In this document: positions 24,398 through 38,300 of the stretch, in pieces
How positions within the stretch are numbered: the stretch's first letter is position 1
Layout: every line of letters begins with the position of its first letter
Assembly (NCBI RefSeq): GCF_009914755.1
Contig: NC_060936.1
Strand: one strand, 5' to 3'
DNA: 64,000 bases
DNA from: the human T2T-CHM13v2.0 reference genome, Homo sapiens
Notes under the pieces: model-generated
Database searches by the model: none
What the model was told of the DNA's origin: nothing
What the model saw: the letters and a program-made list of their open reading frames with translations, nothing else
Position numbers and translations under genes: made by a program

Positions 24398-27300
24398 TGG
24401 TTATTAATTTCTAAAGAAGCTATTGTCTTGACTTTTTTCTTTTCTTAAAGTAAGAAATCAGTTAAAAGGAAATTTCCCTTTGAATTTTTATAGTGTGTAT
24501 ATTTGTTGTTTATTTTGTTCATAGAGTCACATTCTAATTTTTAGTTGTGTTTTTGCCACAAAATCTGAAAATTGTAGTTTCTTCAGGATATGTTGCATTT
24601 TTTGTGGCATGAAACATGGCCAATTTTCATGAATATTTTATGATTTATTTTAAAAATTAAAACTTTCTGTTAGTTAATGTTTTAGATGTGTTCTTAATCT
24701 GATTTAGGGGAAATGTAAGTTTTTCTATTAAACATGAATTATCATTTACCATTTTCTCATTTCATCTATATTAGTGTCTGCTCTCTACATTATGAAACTA
24801 CATTATAAGTGCACAAAAACTTTTTACTACCTTAGTTTTTTGAATCTTTTATTCTATTAAATTCGAATAGCATTTCTATTTTATTATCTTTATGTTTAAT
24901 CTGTATTTCACTTTATTTCATGCATGTCTCCAGAAAATAGTGTATGCCAGAAATTTTTTATCCTAATGTAAATTTTCTTAATCAGAGAATTAATTCATAT
25001 TCAGGTTTATTACTGTTACAATGCATTGGACTCAGCAATGACATCCTGTTTTATATTACTTATTCACTCTTTCCTGTTTTTGCTTTCTTTTTTCATTTTG
25101 TTTGATTGACCAAGGAATTTGAAGTAGTAACTTATTTTATTTGGATAATTTAGAATTCCTACAACTAATTCCTGCTCTTCTTAAAGTTACCATTAAATTA
25201 TTAAACATAAAATTTTAAAATAGATTTTACATCAACATTCAAGGTTAATGATTTTTTACAGGCTAATTCCAAAAAAGACAATATTTTCCCCTTTTGCCTG
25301 CCCCCAATGCCCACCACCATTCCATGTTGAGATCAGCTATAACATTTGTTAATTAAAAAAATATAATGTTATGGAAATTACTTTGACATATACGATGGTT
25401 TGCTACTTTCATTATTCTCCACTATTCATTGTGTAGAGTGTATATATTCATAATTGGTAAATTTAAATGTGCATACATTTAAAATTTTTATGTAACTATA
25501 CTTATTTTCTATCTCTAGGGTCCAGTTCTAGTTAATGTAAGGAACAATACTGTCACTTCCAGACAAACATGGTCAAATAAAATTTTGGATTTTTTTCCAC
25601 CTGTTTCTTTACTGATAAATATTCATAACTGGGGCTAGCACAGTAATTGAATGTTATTAGAGAAAAGGGAGGAAAAAGATAGACTATATACTTCTAGATA
25701 CTTGTGGCATACATAATTGCAAGATTGTCTTCATAATTTATGCATCAAATCTAAACTACTGCATAAAAATTAAGCCGTTCACATTGATAAAGCGATAACT
25801 AACAACAGGCAAGTGTATTTTTCCTATTTTTTTTCTATTCACTTCTCAACTGTAATGTAAAAATAGATTTCATATTCTTTTTCATTCTTTACTAAGGAGA
25901 CACTATTTTTTTCAGAGATTCATTGAAAATAAATATTTACTAAGGATCTACAGCATTCATTTTTACTCTGTAAGACATGGTTGCTGCCTTCAAGATACTT
26001 AGATTTTGTTCAGTAAGATAAGGGATAAGACTGAAAAGTCAATGAACAAGGGCTTAAGTAATATTTTGGAACATCAATGAAAGAACTCATGTGAACATTC
26101 ATAATTTACTGTGACACTGTTATTTACACAGAGGGTGTCTATTAGTGGAGTTCAAAAGAGGGCAAGACCATTGGCCTTTACAAAGAATAAGTATTAAAGG
26201 AAAAATTCTTAACTGCTGCTTGAAATATATCAAGGATGACTGGGGATTTTTTAGATGAGGGAGTTGAGATAGTAAAGTAAAGATAAAATAATTCAAGAGA
26301 TTAAAAAAGTCCATAATTCTCAGTGTAAAATTATCTTTTAAAGACATCTTTCTAAACATAGAGATTGCTAATTACACACAGCCCTCCTTAGAGACACATA
26401 GTATCAACCTGACTGCTCCTGTCAGATTAAATCACAGTGGGTACTTTACAATCATCTATGTAGGTAACCAAAATGGTAGTACAGTAAAAGCTGCATTTAC
26501 TTTAGGGTGGTGCTGGTTTGAGAGAAGTGTAGCAGAGATATGATTTAGTCTAAATACTCAGAAAATTAATGCACCCCTGCTACTCTACCAACTGACTTTG
26601 AATTTAATGAGAATGTGTATGCATACAGATTTAAAGGCTATGCATTATGAATTTTTGTCTTTGTGAACTAAAATTAACAGGATCAAAGTCTTAAATTCCC
26701 AAGTTGAAAACCTCCTACTGAATTTCAGATAACAAACAATATTTTTCCCAATCCTTTTTCTGATGAAAACTTCTCTTTGGAAAGAATAATGTTTCTTATC
26801 CAAAATATAGGCTGACAACTGGCCTAATTAATCACAAATGACAGAGAAGAGAAATAAAATAAATTATAAATATTTAATGTCTTTCATATCTTATTTGAAA
26901 GATTTAACCATCGCACTTCATTAAAATATAAACAGTTAGTGGGAGAGGAACCAAATGCTGATGTAAACTTGAATAACTAAAATATAGGATATCAACAAAT
27001 ACCTGCATATTGATGTAGAAATGGAATGAACACTTTTTTTTGTAATGACAAATCAAACTTCTTTAAAGCTGAAGATAAATTAAAGAGCCAAAGGTTTCCA
27101 AAAAATGTAGCATTAGCTGTTCTAGTGATCTTAAGTATTTCTTTTTACTTAAGAAAAATTACTTTAACTGCAGTAATATATGTTATGTAAAGGCATATCA
27201 TTAATCTAGTGAAAACAAAACAAACGAAAAGCACAGAAAGTGTATTTACCTTTATGAGAAATTTTCAAAGCAACTCAAAAGTAACACCTATTGGAAGTAA

Positions 27301-27971
27301 AAATTAATGAATGGAATATGGCACTAAGCTAATAAGTTCATATTAGGCCATCAAAGTAGTTTAGAAGTGAAGTATTTTTAGTTCTCTAATCCATTAATTT
27401 GACAAATGGTTTAATAGCTGAAAAGAGAAATCTCCCGGACAGTATCAGCTAACCCAAAAATCAAATGTAAGATCTGCATAAAGGAGAAAGGGGTGAAAGA
27501 TATCATTCTAATATAATTATTCTTAGTAGTCTTACCCAACACTAATCAATCTTTACAAAACAGTATTTTTTATGTTGAAGACTGCATTACAATTCTCATA
27601 CATCTAATGTTTACCATTTTAACATTTACCAGTTTTTATAGTCTTAATTTTTTTAGAATAGCCATTTAAATTTAATAATTCTTATTTTTTTTGCAACATG
27701 CAATAGAGAAACAGGAAAGTTAGCACAAATGTATCAGATATTTTGCAATTGCTTATATTGGCAAAAAGGGCAAATATAATAAAGTATTTATAAAAAGAAA
27801 TACATTCCTAATATTACGTATTTTTATTTTAAGAAGAAGAGCTGCATTTCAAGTATTTTTGGCATTTTGAAGCAGTGGATAATGCCTGCATTGGCTCCAT
27901 ATTCTGATTGGAGATACAGCTGGTACCTTGACTGACTTAGATAATATAGGTCAGCTAGGGAGTTAAATCCC

Positions 27972-28427
27972 AGTGGGGGCTAACTGGTGATCACAAAAAG
28001 CTGTGTTCCAAACCCTGGAAACTAGGAATGTTACCTTATAAGGCAAAAGAGTGAATAATATTTTATGTGGCAGAAAATGTATAATGAAATACAATAAAGC
28101 AGATTGAGACAAGGGAATTATCCAGTGGCCCCAAGTATATGCATGGATTTCTTTCTAAGAGGGATGCTAAGCAAGCTTTGAGACAAACACACAGAATAGA
28201 ACACACACAGAAAAGGAACAGACAATGTGACTACAGAGCCAGAGACTAGGGTGCAACAAGTCAAGAAATGCCAACTACCAGAAGCTGGAAGAGGTAAAGA
28301 ACAGATTATTCTTCAGAGCCTCTGTAGGGAGTGCCACCTTGCTGATGTCTTGATTTTGGACTTCTGATCTTAAGCCACCTTGTTTGTACCAATTTGTTAT
28401 GGTAGCCACAGGAAGCTGATTGATACA
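27972..28427 (+). mobile_element. MLT1 (B/C-like) MaLR solo LTR
   Basis: ccctggaa..gaatgttaccttat..ggcaaaaga; ccagaagctggaagaggtaaagaacagatt..cttcagagcctc; tgattttggacttctg; aatttgttatggtagccacaggaa..taca. Confidence 0.85.
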
Positions 28428-28963
28428 CATCCTTTTTGTTTTTTTCTTTTGTCTGTCTAAACTAATATACCCTTGTGTCCTGTGGTTTGAACTCAAGCTG
28501 CCATCATCTCAAGATGGGGAAGGGAGAGGACATCTGACCCAAGCTATACCAATAATAGTATTCTTCCCTCGCTCATGCAGCCATAGTCGATTAGGCGACC
28601 TGCTTAAATTTGAGATCCTCTAATATAAGATTCTTACATTATTCATCTTTCATTTATTGTTGCATCTCTAGAAGTTAGTTATGCCAGCCATATAGTAGGT
28701 ATTTAATAAAAATTTGATGAACAAATTATTTGTCTAAATTAGTTTTTCTTCAGTGTGAATTCTGGCTTTGACAAATTATTGGAAGGTCTTTTAAAAGACC
28801 TCAAAAAGTAAACATAGACATTTAAGGGGATCCCAAGTCCAGAGGTCTGAATTTCCTCTGTCTGGGCACTTTATTTTTTATCAGCTTTATTGGACAAAAC
28901 AGGAGACACTAATCCAAAGTTGGAAATTGGGATAGATCACATTTTGAAAACATTGTCTCTAAA

Positions 28964-29270
28964 GCCTGTAATCTCAGCACTTTGGGAGGCTGAGGTGGGC
29001 GGATTGCTTGAGCCCAGGAGATACAGACAAGCCTGGGCAACATGCAAAACTCCGTCTCTACTTAAAAAAAAAAAAAAAAGAAAAATACAAAAAGTTAGGC
29101 GGGCATGGTGACTCACGCCTGTAGTCCCAGCTACTCAGGAGATGGAGGTGCGACAGTCAATCGAGCCTAGGAGACAGAGGTTACAGTGAGCCGAGATAGT
29201 GCCATTGCACTCTAGCGTAGGTGACAGAACAAGACCCTGTCTCAAGAAAAAACAAACAAATAACAACAAA
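28964..29270 (+). mobile_element. AluJ, slightly 5'-truncated, with expanded middle A-tract
   Basis: Contains the AluJ-type ggattgcttgagcccaggag. The flanking repeat AAAA(C/A)ATTGTCTC is at about 28947-28959 and about 29269-29281. Confidence 0.9.
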
Positions 29271-31072
29271 AAAATTGTCTCGTAATATTTAATATTATTT
29301 TTCTAAAACTCTTGAGTAAGTTGATTTCTGGGGAGCAGGAGATGGGCTAAAAGAGGTAAGATATAACAAGCTGGAAGAAAAAGATAACTTTTGTTTTCAG
29401 TCTTAATATCTTCAGGGTTCAGTTTCACAATACTCTCAATATTAGATATTCATATTTACCCTTAGCAATTGAAATTGCAATTTTACAGAAAATCGAAATA
29501 AGCCATAGTATTTGTTGAATAGTTCATATATAAGTGAAGTATGTTTTCTGAATTGAAAATAACCTTTCCATTAATGCAGATTATGTATCATCTTCTAATT
29601 TTATACACGTTAGTTATCAGAACACTTAGGTAACATATTAAATTCAAAATTACACGGCAAACCTGATTTTTTTTTAACAGACCGTGTTCCTGGGTTGATG
29701 CATACTTAATAGACTCCAATACTTTTAACAGGGTTCAGAGTTAGACACTGAGTTTTGTCTCATGTATCCTCACCTTAACTATCCGTGGTACTAAATTTAG
29801 AACACAGATGGACTTAATTACAAAGGCCGTTACATCTTATTTAAATTTACATTCCTTTTTCATGAAAAATTTATATGTAAAGGCAGGTAAAATGTGATAT
29901 TCTAAATCAATCATATCAAGGCAAATGGTAAAATTACATCATCCACATTTTTTGCAACGATTTCATCTTGGACTTAAGAATACATTGTTTAAATATCTGA
30001 GGAGTGATCGTTTTGAAATTTAGGGAATCTATTTTCTTCCTCCAATAAGATTTGGCTTTATAAACTCTGGGGTGAAGGGCAGGGGAGTCTGATTGAATAT
30101 CAGAGAATGTCTTAAAAACAAAACATCATGAACAACAAAACCAAAAACCACATAATCTTCCAAAACCACATTAAGTATATCATCTTATAGGAAAAGAATT
30201 ACATGTATGATTTTCTAATTTCTCACACAGGCCTCATTAGCATGTACATGTTATCAAAAACAATAAATTAATAGCAGTAAAATTTTTATCTCAAATAACC
30301 TATATTGATTGAGTTACACATATTGTGCAGCATCTATCTCACGTTTCCTATAAAGGAGAGGGAAGAACAGAACTGTAAGAAATACCAGCAAGCTACATAT
30401 CAGAAAACGAATTCCATACTGTACTTTTTATTAATGCAAGTACAAATTAAGGAAACATTATTAGCCACACACAACTCATGCTTTTATCTTCCATGTTAAT
30501 TACTATTCCTTTACGATTCAATTCAGTGAGTAAATTTTTATAGATTATTTGCCATATAAAGTAATATATTTCTACTCCATTAGGATAATGGTTGGCAAAG
30601 AAAGTAAAATATGGTGGAATATTCTATCAACATAAGGGTTCTGCCCCAAACAGTTAAACGCAATATTTATTTTGTGCACTTACTTTACAAATATCTTCTA
30701 TCACTTATTTTACACATATTGAGTAAACTGCAGTGGGTTTGGGGAGTGAAAGACAACAAAATACTTTTAAAGTCTGAACCTAAATGGTAAATTATAGCTG
30801 TAATCTTCAACATCATCTTCCGAAAAAAATTTTAGTGCTATATTCTTTCTAGTTTGAACTCCAAACTTCTCACAAATTCCTTTATGCATGGAATATGTAC
30901 TAATAGTGCTTCCCCAATTGTTTTACTTTCAGGCATTATTTTTCTTTTTCTCAGAATTCCTGAACTCTGGATGATGCTAATAGGTTAGTTTTTATCTTTT
31001 TTTGACTGATTTGCCATCTGATTTGGTGTTTGATATATTTCTCTTCTCTTTTTTTCATTGAAAGCAGCACTC

Positions 31073-31407
31073 GTTTAGTTTAGTTTAGTTTAGTTTAGTT
31101 TTTTAGGTTAGTTTAGTGTTGTTTCTGAGATACAGTGTCTGTTGCCCCGGCTGGAGTGCAGTGGCACAATCCCGGCTCACTGCAAACTCCGTTTCTCAGG
31201 CTCAAGCAGTCCTCTTACATCAGCCCCTCTAGTCGCTGAGACTGCACGTTCCCGCCAGGATGCCTGGCTAATTTTTTTACATTTATTTGGTAAAGACAGG
31301 GTTTCCCCATCTTATCCAGGCTGTTCTTGAACTCCTGGGCTCAAGCAATCCTCTCGTCTCAGCCTCCTAAACTGTTGGGATTATAGGCGTGAGCCATGGC
31401 ACCTGCC
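31073..31407 (-). mobile_element. AluJ with (GTTTA)n tail
   Basis: Contains the AluJ-type gaactcctgggctcaagcaatcctc. The tail has been converted to gtttagtttagtttag... Confidence 0.9.
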
Positions 31408-32157
31408 TTTTCTCTTAAAGAGTATTCTCTTGTTCTCTTGCTTTGAAGGTGTATATGGTCTTTTTTTTTTCCTCTGAGTGACCTAATTTTTGCCCTAATC
31501 CTTTAGTTATGTGTTTGTTTCTTTCCATATGTGAGGTGTTGACTTAGACAAATTTACTGTCATTTCAATGTCTACTAAATTCAATTTCTTCCATTGGTCA
31601 TGAAAAATAATACATCTTCTGCTAAGTAGGACCATGCTTGATGTTGTATTTGAAGTAGATTGAGAATAATCAGTTTTTCATATTTTCCAAATCCACATTT
31701 TCCTTAGAGAAAAAGCAAGGAGAATCAATATACTGCAGAGTTTTTGTGAAGTGGAGTCCTTGGCTTCTCCAGACAGTGGCCTGAGTCACCATGAATGAAG
31801 AGCACTCTTGTGTTAGGTCTACTAAGCCCTCAAGATTCACTTTTGTGGATCTGAAACATAAGTGTTTTTCTTTAGTAAAATGAAAAAGCTAAAAAAAAGC
31901 TTTTATACTTACAGATTTTGCTTCAGTAAATGTGTATCTTGAAATTGAGAATTTGACAGGGCTGGATAATCTAGCTCGCATCTTCAGGTAATTTCAAATT
32001 AGAAGTTTTAATTGTATGAGCCTTGTACTTTAAACATTCTTGTTTCAAATATATTTTAAAATCAAATGCTTTGGTAACTGGGGTCAAAGGCTGAGTAATA
32101 ACAGTTTATGAAGTCAAAGCCAGTTCTCTTTTTTGAAGTAGAATCCTGAAAATCATT

Positions 32158-32176
32158 GTATGTGTGTGTGTGTGTG
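32158..32176. repeat. (TG)n microsatellite
   Basis: tgtatgtgtgtgtgtgtgtg. Confidence 0.8.
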
Positions 32177-32877
32177 TTTAATTTTTAAGGAACAAGATGA
32201 TAATCCATATGTAATCCTGACATATACTTAAAACTACAGAATAAGGGTAAATCAGTTATATTATTTTGAGCAAACAAAATATAACAGAATAAAATATAAA
32301 ACGTATATGCTCTGTTTTTCAGTATTCATATTTTCAGCACAGTTGAAACAAAAGATGTCAATATAAAAAGTTTTTTCTTAGGCTTTGTAACTAGTCCCTC
32401 CGTTAATTAGAGAACAAAATGTACAACATCTCATGTATTTTTGGCTTGGTAGTTGTTACTAATATGCTATATTTTCTGAATTTATGTAAAATTGTTCTTA
32501 GTAAATGGATTACCTTTTCTGGTTACTGGCAGAACCAATTGAAGTTGATGACAGATTTTCTTAATGAAGTCATTGATGAAAATTGCATACTAGGAAATTT
32601 CCAATAAATCTATTGAAAGTGCTTATTTTAAATGACTAAAAATTTTATATATTTTTAAAATGTCTTAAGTGTCTTTGGATTTTGGAATTCTCACAAATGT
32701 TACTGTGGAAATGCTATTCTGATTGGATTATATTAAATAAATTTATTATAGGGCAAACCAACATGAAGTTGAATAAAGCAGAGGGGGAATTAACCAACTG
32801 ATGATGTTTTTTTCCCTGTATGGAAAAGTTGAAAAGCTTAACCCTCTAGAGTAGCTTACACATCTCAGCTGGAGAAT

Positions 32878-33804
32878 TGGAAAAATAAACTAAAAATAAA
32901 ATCTAAGCCCTCCTATTCACTGAACAAACTGCCTTGTGGCCAAGGGGACCCCAGAAAAGCCTTAAAACTGAATTCTCAGCAATAATGAGATGGGAGGTCA
33001 GACAAGCCCCCTAATACCCTCTTCCTTTGGCATTTAGACACAATGACTGGCCCTCATTAATGTTAAAATAGAGATTATAAGACTGACAGAAGATACTCTT
33101 TGTAACAATAAGATACCAAATTATAAACAGGGTGTGAGGCCATGCCAGGCAAAGGTTAAGTCACACACTCCTACATTTAAAGAATAAACTATATTCTAAC
33201 TCCTTAAGGCTTCTCTTTTCTTTTTTTTCTTTTTCTAGAAGCTAAACAACACTGGCCTCAAAATAAACAGTATTAAAATGATTACAACTCACTCAGCTTA
33301 CAAAGGCTGACTAATTGACCCTCTGTTCTGCCAGCCATAATTACAGACAAGAAACTGATTTTGGTAACTCTCTCCAGATAGGAAGAATACCCACCATGGA
33401 TTGGTTCTGGCCGGGTTTACAGAGGCTGACACTTGGGTGACTTCGTGTCCTGAAAAATCCTTTTGACATATAGGGCCTAATTGTAGTATATTTAAATGTT
33501 AAGTCTCCACTCCAAGGTTAACATGGATGTATGAGGCATGGATGTTTCATTCAAAATGCATGCCTCAGGACCACCATCATGAATATTTATAGCTCCTCTT
33601 ATAACCTGTTGAATATGTATGTTTAGCCAACCTGTTCAGCATAAGCTTCTACCCCAACTCCTGCTCCTTCAAAGTGTCTGTCTTCGGTCTTCACCGGAGA
33701 CACACTTCCCAGCCTACAGTTTGGCCACCTGTAGGCTGTAAACCTTCACAAGAAATAAAATCTCCTTTCTCAATTTATAAATTATTATTTTTTTAAAGTT
33801 AACA
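32878..33804 (+). mobile_element. MER4-group (MER4D/E-like) ERV1 solo LTR
   Basis: taaactaaaaataaaatctaagccc..ggccaaggggaccccagaaaagccttaaaactga..gatgggaggtcagaca is MER4-like. AATAAA lies near the 3' end, the termini are TG...CA, and AGAAT flanks both sides (32873-32877, 33805-33809). Confidence 0.85.
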
Positions 33805-34489
33805 AGAATCACACAGATGACAGTATAGAATTATCTGACTCCTGAAGGGAAGCAGAGATCCTGTATGGTCAGTAAATCTACAACATGGGATTTAAATCAG
33901 CACTATTGATCATCTAAAGATCAGCAGCAGTCATAAATTTGTCAAATACTCTTTCTATCAAATATCCTTCAAAAAATTTGTAATTAATTAGACACTAGCA
34001 CCAAAATTGTTCTATTTGTGTCTTCTAAGACAATTTGTAATAACAACAACAACAAACAAATTAATAGGTCTCCTCTTTTTGTGGAGAGTTTCCAGAGAAA
34101 CTGATATATAGCGTGGTATTGTAAATTAATATAGTCTTTTCAGAAAGTTACTTGTGGCAATACAAAGAAGTCATATTCTTATACTAGCTATTGTTTCTGA
34201 GTTTTCTTAAAGAGTTAATTAAACAGAAGAAAACAGAAATCTACATGAAGATATTCTTATCAATGCTATCTATAAGGTCAGAGATTAATGTTTAATTCAA
34301 AATTAATGTTTTGAATATCTAATTATATAGATTAGCTTTGTAAATGATGTTATGTCAGTATTATTATTATCATAATTATCACTATTATTCTGATTCATTC
34401 ATTTAAAGGGATGATAACTGTTTACAAGCATGGAAAAATATTTATGGTATAATCCTAGGTAGAAAAAAGGAGAATGCAAGTTATATTGA

Positions 34490-35045
34490 TTCATTATTTT
34501 GACAAATATTTATTATGTCTACCATGTGGCTAGTCACACATTTTTTTAAAAAAAGTGGTAGGCAAAATGTATGAAATCCCTAACTTTATGGAGCTTTTAC
34601 ACTTGTGGTGGATGCATATGTAAAAAAAGTGACCACACTGAGTTAATCCATTACAAGAGAACTGAGTGGTACTGAGGAAAGAGACAGGACCTCTGGAGTG
34701 GATATAACAGGAGAATCTAAATGAGCCTAGGATGAAAAAAACTTCGTGGGAAAGGTGCCTGGAGAATGAATAGGAGTTATTCAGATGAAGAAGTATGGAA
34801 AGTGTTCCAAGTAGAAGAAAAGTCATGGGCAAAGGCCCTGTAAAAGTTATAACTTCAGGAATTTTGAGGGTCAGAAGAATGCCAAAATGACTGTATAATA
34901 GACAGTCAGGGAGGACTGCTGTTACCCCAGGTAAAGCTAGATCAAGCAAGATCTTTTACGTAACATGTTAGGAGATTAGTATCTAAATAATAGTGGCAAT
35001 GGAAGTATCTTAAGCAAGTATATGCATTATGATTCTACCTCTGTA
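34490..35045 (-). mobile_element. L2 fragment
   Basis: ttcatt..gacaaatatttattatgtctaccatgtg; atggagcttttaca; aagtgttccaagtagaagaaaagtcatgggcaaaggccctg. Confidence 0.65.
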
Positions 35046-35058
35046 AAACAATAAATGA

Positions 35059-35343
35059 ATATATATATAGACTATATATATATAGTCTATATATATAGTC
35101 TATATATATATAGTCTATATATATATAGTCTATATATATAGTCTATATATATATAGTCTATATATATATAGTCTATATATATATAGTCTATATATATAGT
35201 CTATATATATATAGTCTATATATATATAGACTATATATATATAGACTATATATATAGTCTATATATATATAGTCTCTCTATATATATATATATATAGTCT
35301 CTCTCTCTGTATATAGTCTCTCTCTCTATATATACACATAGTC
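35059..35343. repeat. AT-rich array of (TA)n runs punctuated by GTC or GAC, palindrome-rich
   Basis: The mutually reverse-complementary units TAGTCTA and TAGACTA are separated by TA runs. A perfect 38-bp palindrome spans 35060-35097. Confidence 0.95.
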
Positions 35344-38300
35344 AAGGGGTTGAAGTGAAATTAGCAATGACTCTAAAGGCAAAGGCAGAATTTGGGTTAA
35401 TTTCTTTTTATAAGAGAAAACTAAATTATTATATATGATGCCACATCAACTCTTCAATTACATTTATATTTGAATGAAAAAATCTGGTTTTCTAAACGCA
35501 TATTAAGTAATTTTAAAGTTCTTTAATGTCATTTTTAGGACATTAAACATTATGAGAAATTCTAACAAATAACGGTTTCTAAAAAATAATTCCTAAGCCT
35601 TATAGTCGATTTCTTCAGTTGTAATAAAACGTTTCTCTAAAAAGTATGTATTTGTGTTTTTAATGTAAAGTATAAGCATGAAAGATTTGAAAAGTCTAAA
35701 GGAACTTTGAGATCAAAGCTTTGTTTATAGGATTTATAATACTCAGTTGAGGATAAGAATTACAGTTACATTACTATGGTACTATTGTACAGTTGTACAT
35801 ACTAATATTAATTTATATGATGATAACTATGAAAATGTATAACTATTATGCCGTTATATGTACTACTGTGAATTTGAGCTATGCAGACTGCAGTGAGACT
35901 ATTTTTTGTTACATTGTATTCTCTTAAAAATTTAAAGATGCTAAAGATATTTTTCATGTATATGAAATGAATTATTTTTATTTCATTTTAAAATATAAGC
36001 AGTAGAACACTTTGCTTTAACAAATACTAATTTATTTTATGAATTTAATAAAATGTTAAAGTAACTTTTATAGTTTTTAAACCATAGAAAGTTTCTGGCA
36101 TTTTAGGGAGACTAATTTTCTCTATATATTTAAAGCAATGGTGTTGTCACATCGCACAAGAAATTTTATTACACAGGTATAAAAATATAAATGCATCAGT
36201 AAACTAACCTAAAAGTTAATGGCATAAGAAAATGAGGATGGGAATTTGTGTAGTGTCTATCAAGCATTTGTCAGGATTTCATAATCAAATAAGAAATGTT
36301 GCTATTTGTGGCTATGCAAATAACATCATATCTCACTATCCTGTTGTATTTGCAAAATGATATCAGTGTTGTACATGTATACATAATACAAGACTATGGA
36401 ACAAGAATTTGGCTCATTATGTTTGAAGTTATATAAATTCAGATTTCATTTCTCAGTTTTCCAGAGAGATGACAAATATGCCTAGCAATCCTCTATTTAA
36501 TTATTTTAGAGAAAGAGATTTTAAAAAATATTTTAAACAAAAGTACTAAAGATTACTTTTCCTGCACTGTAGATATGTGCTTGATTCCCTTGATTAGTGA
36601 GAATTATTTGTGCATGTTAAAGGAAGTCTATAACCTAAGCCTTAATTTCAAACCTTTCCTAAAAACACTTTTTGAAAGCTTAACTAGAGTGGCTACATGC
36701 TTTTCACCCACGCTTATGTTCAAACACTTTCAAGGGGACCGCACTTACTTTAAAAACCTAAAATCACAGAAGCATGTTACATTAGCCAAGTTCAATAAAA
36801 GACAACCACAAATGGAATGCAAAATATCTTTTCGATCTTTCTGTAATCACTTCAATAGTAAGACAGCCACCTGGGGCTGAATGTGTATCACCAGTCATTT
36901 CAATAATGCAATTATTTGAAAAATATAACTACTGGAAAATGCTGTTGGCATAAAATGCCAAATATGTATGTACATGTGTATACTGTGCAAGTATACATAT
37001 GTATATAAGTAGAATTCAGAATCTCAATACCTGTGGGAGCAAGTAAGTATAAGCTAAATACAATAGAAAAAATGAAGACTGAAGTGCATATCATCTATGC
37101 ATTATTCATACTTGAAAAATCTTATAATCAGGAATAATAGTTATTGAAGTGAGATTCAGGTTTATGGCAACATTTAGCTCTCTGTAGATAAAATCTCTAT
37201 CACCTTTAGAGGGTGGATGACATTTCAATATCCCCTAAATGGTGCTATGTAATCTCGCCTCTCTCTTCCTCATTTCTAGTGGTTTACTTCCCCCCCACCC
37301 TTTTTTTTGTTTTTACATTAAATGCAATGAGACGTACTTAATGTCCTTGTAGGCTCATCTTTCTCTACAGAGACAGTTGGAAAATGCCATGAGTATCTTG
37401 GGAAATACCAATAGTGGCAGACAGCATTGCCCCCTTCCTTATTCACATTTTCAGGGAAGCTTGATACTGATTAGCCAGAAGTTATATATTAAAGCATCTA
37501 TTATATGCCTCTTATTGTGCTCACCACTGAGAACAATAGAAATAAGAAAAATGGTTTCTACTATATGCTATTTATTTTTAGCAAATGAATGTGCATAAAA
37601 TAATGACCAACGAAGTATTAACTGGGTAATAAAAAGGACACATACAATAAAAGTTTGACAATTAGGGAGACGATTGTGGGTTATAGTAGCCATGAAATAA
37701 TTAATGAACTAGATGTGTCCTCTGAAATAGTTAGGAGGAAACAGAGTGAGTAAAGGAAGGAAGATGGCATTGGTGAGTGACAATGGAGTGATAAGTCTTT
37801 TGAAACAAAGCTTATATTGGGGAGCACCATATTATAGGAAACAAAAAGAAAGGTAGAGGCTTGAATTGCAAGGGTGTTTGGGGGAAAATTGGAAGCCAGT
37901 GAAATTCTAGTGAGGTAGTGATTACTAAGTGTTTTCCTATCATTAATCTAGGAGTGTAAGAGAAAATATAACTGAAGCTGGAAACAAAAAATAAATAAAT
38001 AAAGAGACCACCATAATAATCTTGGCATGAAACAGTGAGATCCTGGCCTCAGGTGGAATTAATGGAAATTGCCAAAATAAGGGAAAAATATAACCTTGAT
38101 TAACAGGAACAAAATTGTTTGCCTACGTGTTCAGGTCATACTAAGCAAAATAAACTTGTTCCTTATTTTATTTTTAAACTCTAATTTTGATTCAGAAACA
38201 TGAGGATATAAATCCATAGCAGTTTTTTGAAAAAAATGTCAAGAACAAATCTTTAAGAATTATCAAGAGTGACTTAAGCAATATTGATGTAGAGATAATA

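Noticed and set aside
35059-35343. Periodic repeats resembling a CRISPR-like array (also 63431-63690)
   Set aside because: They are low-complexity TA repeats without unique spacers, in eukaryotic DNA with no cas genes.
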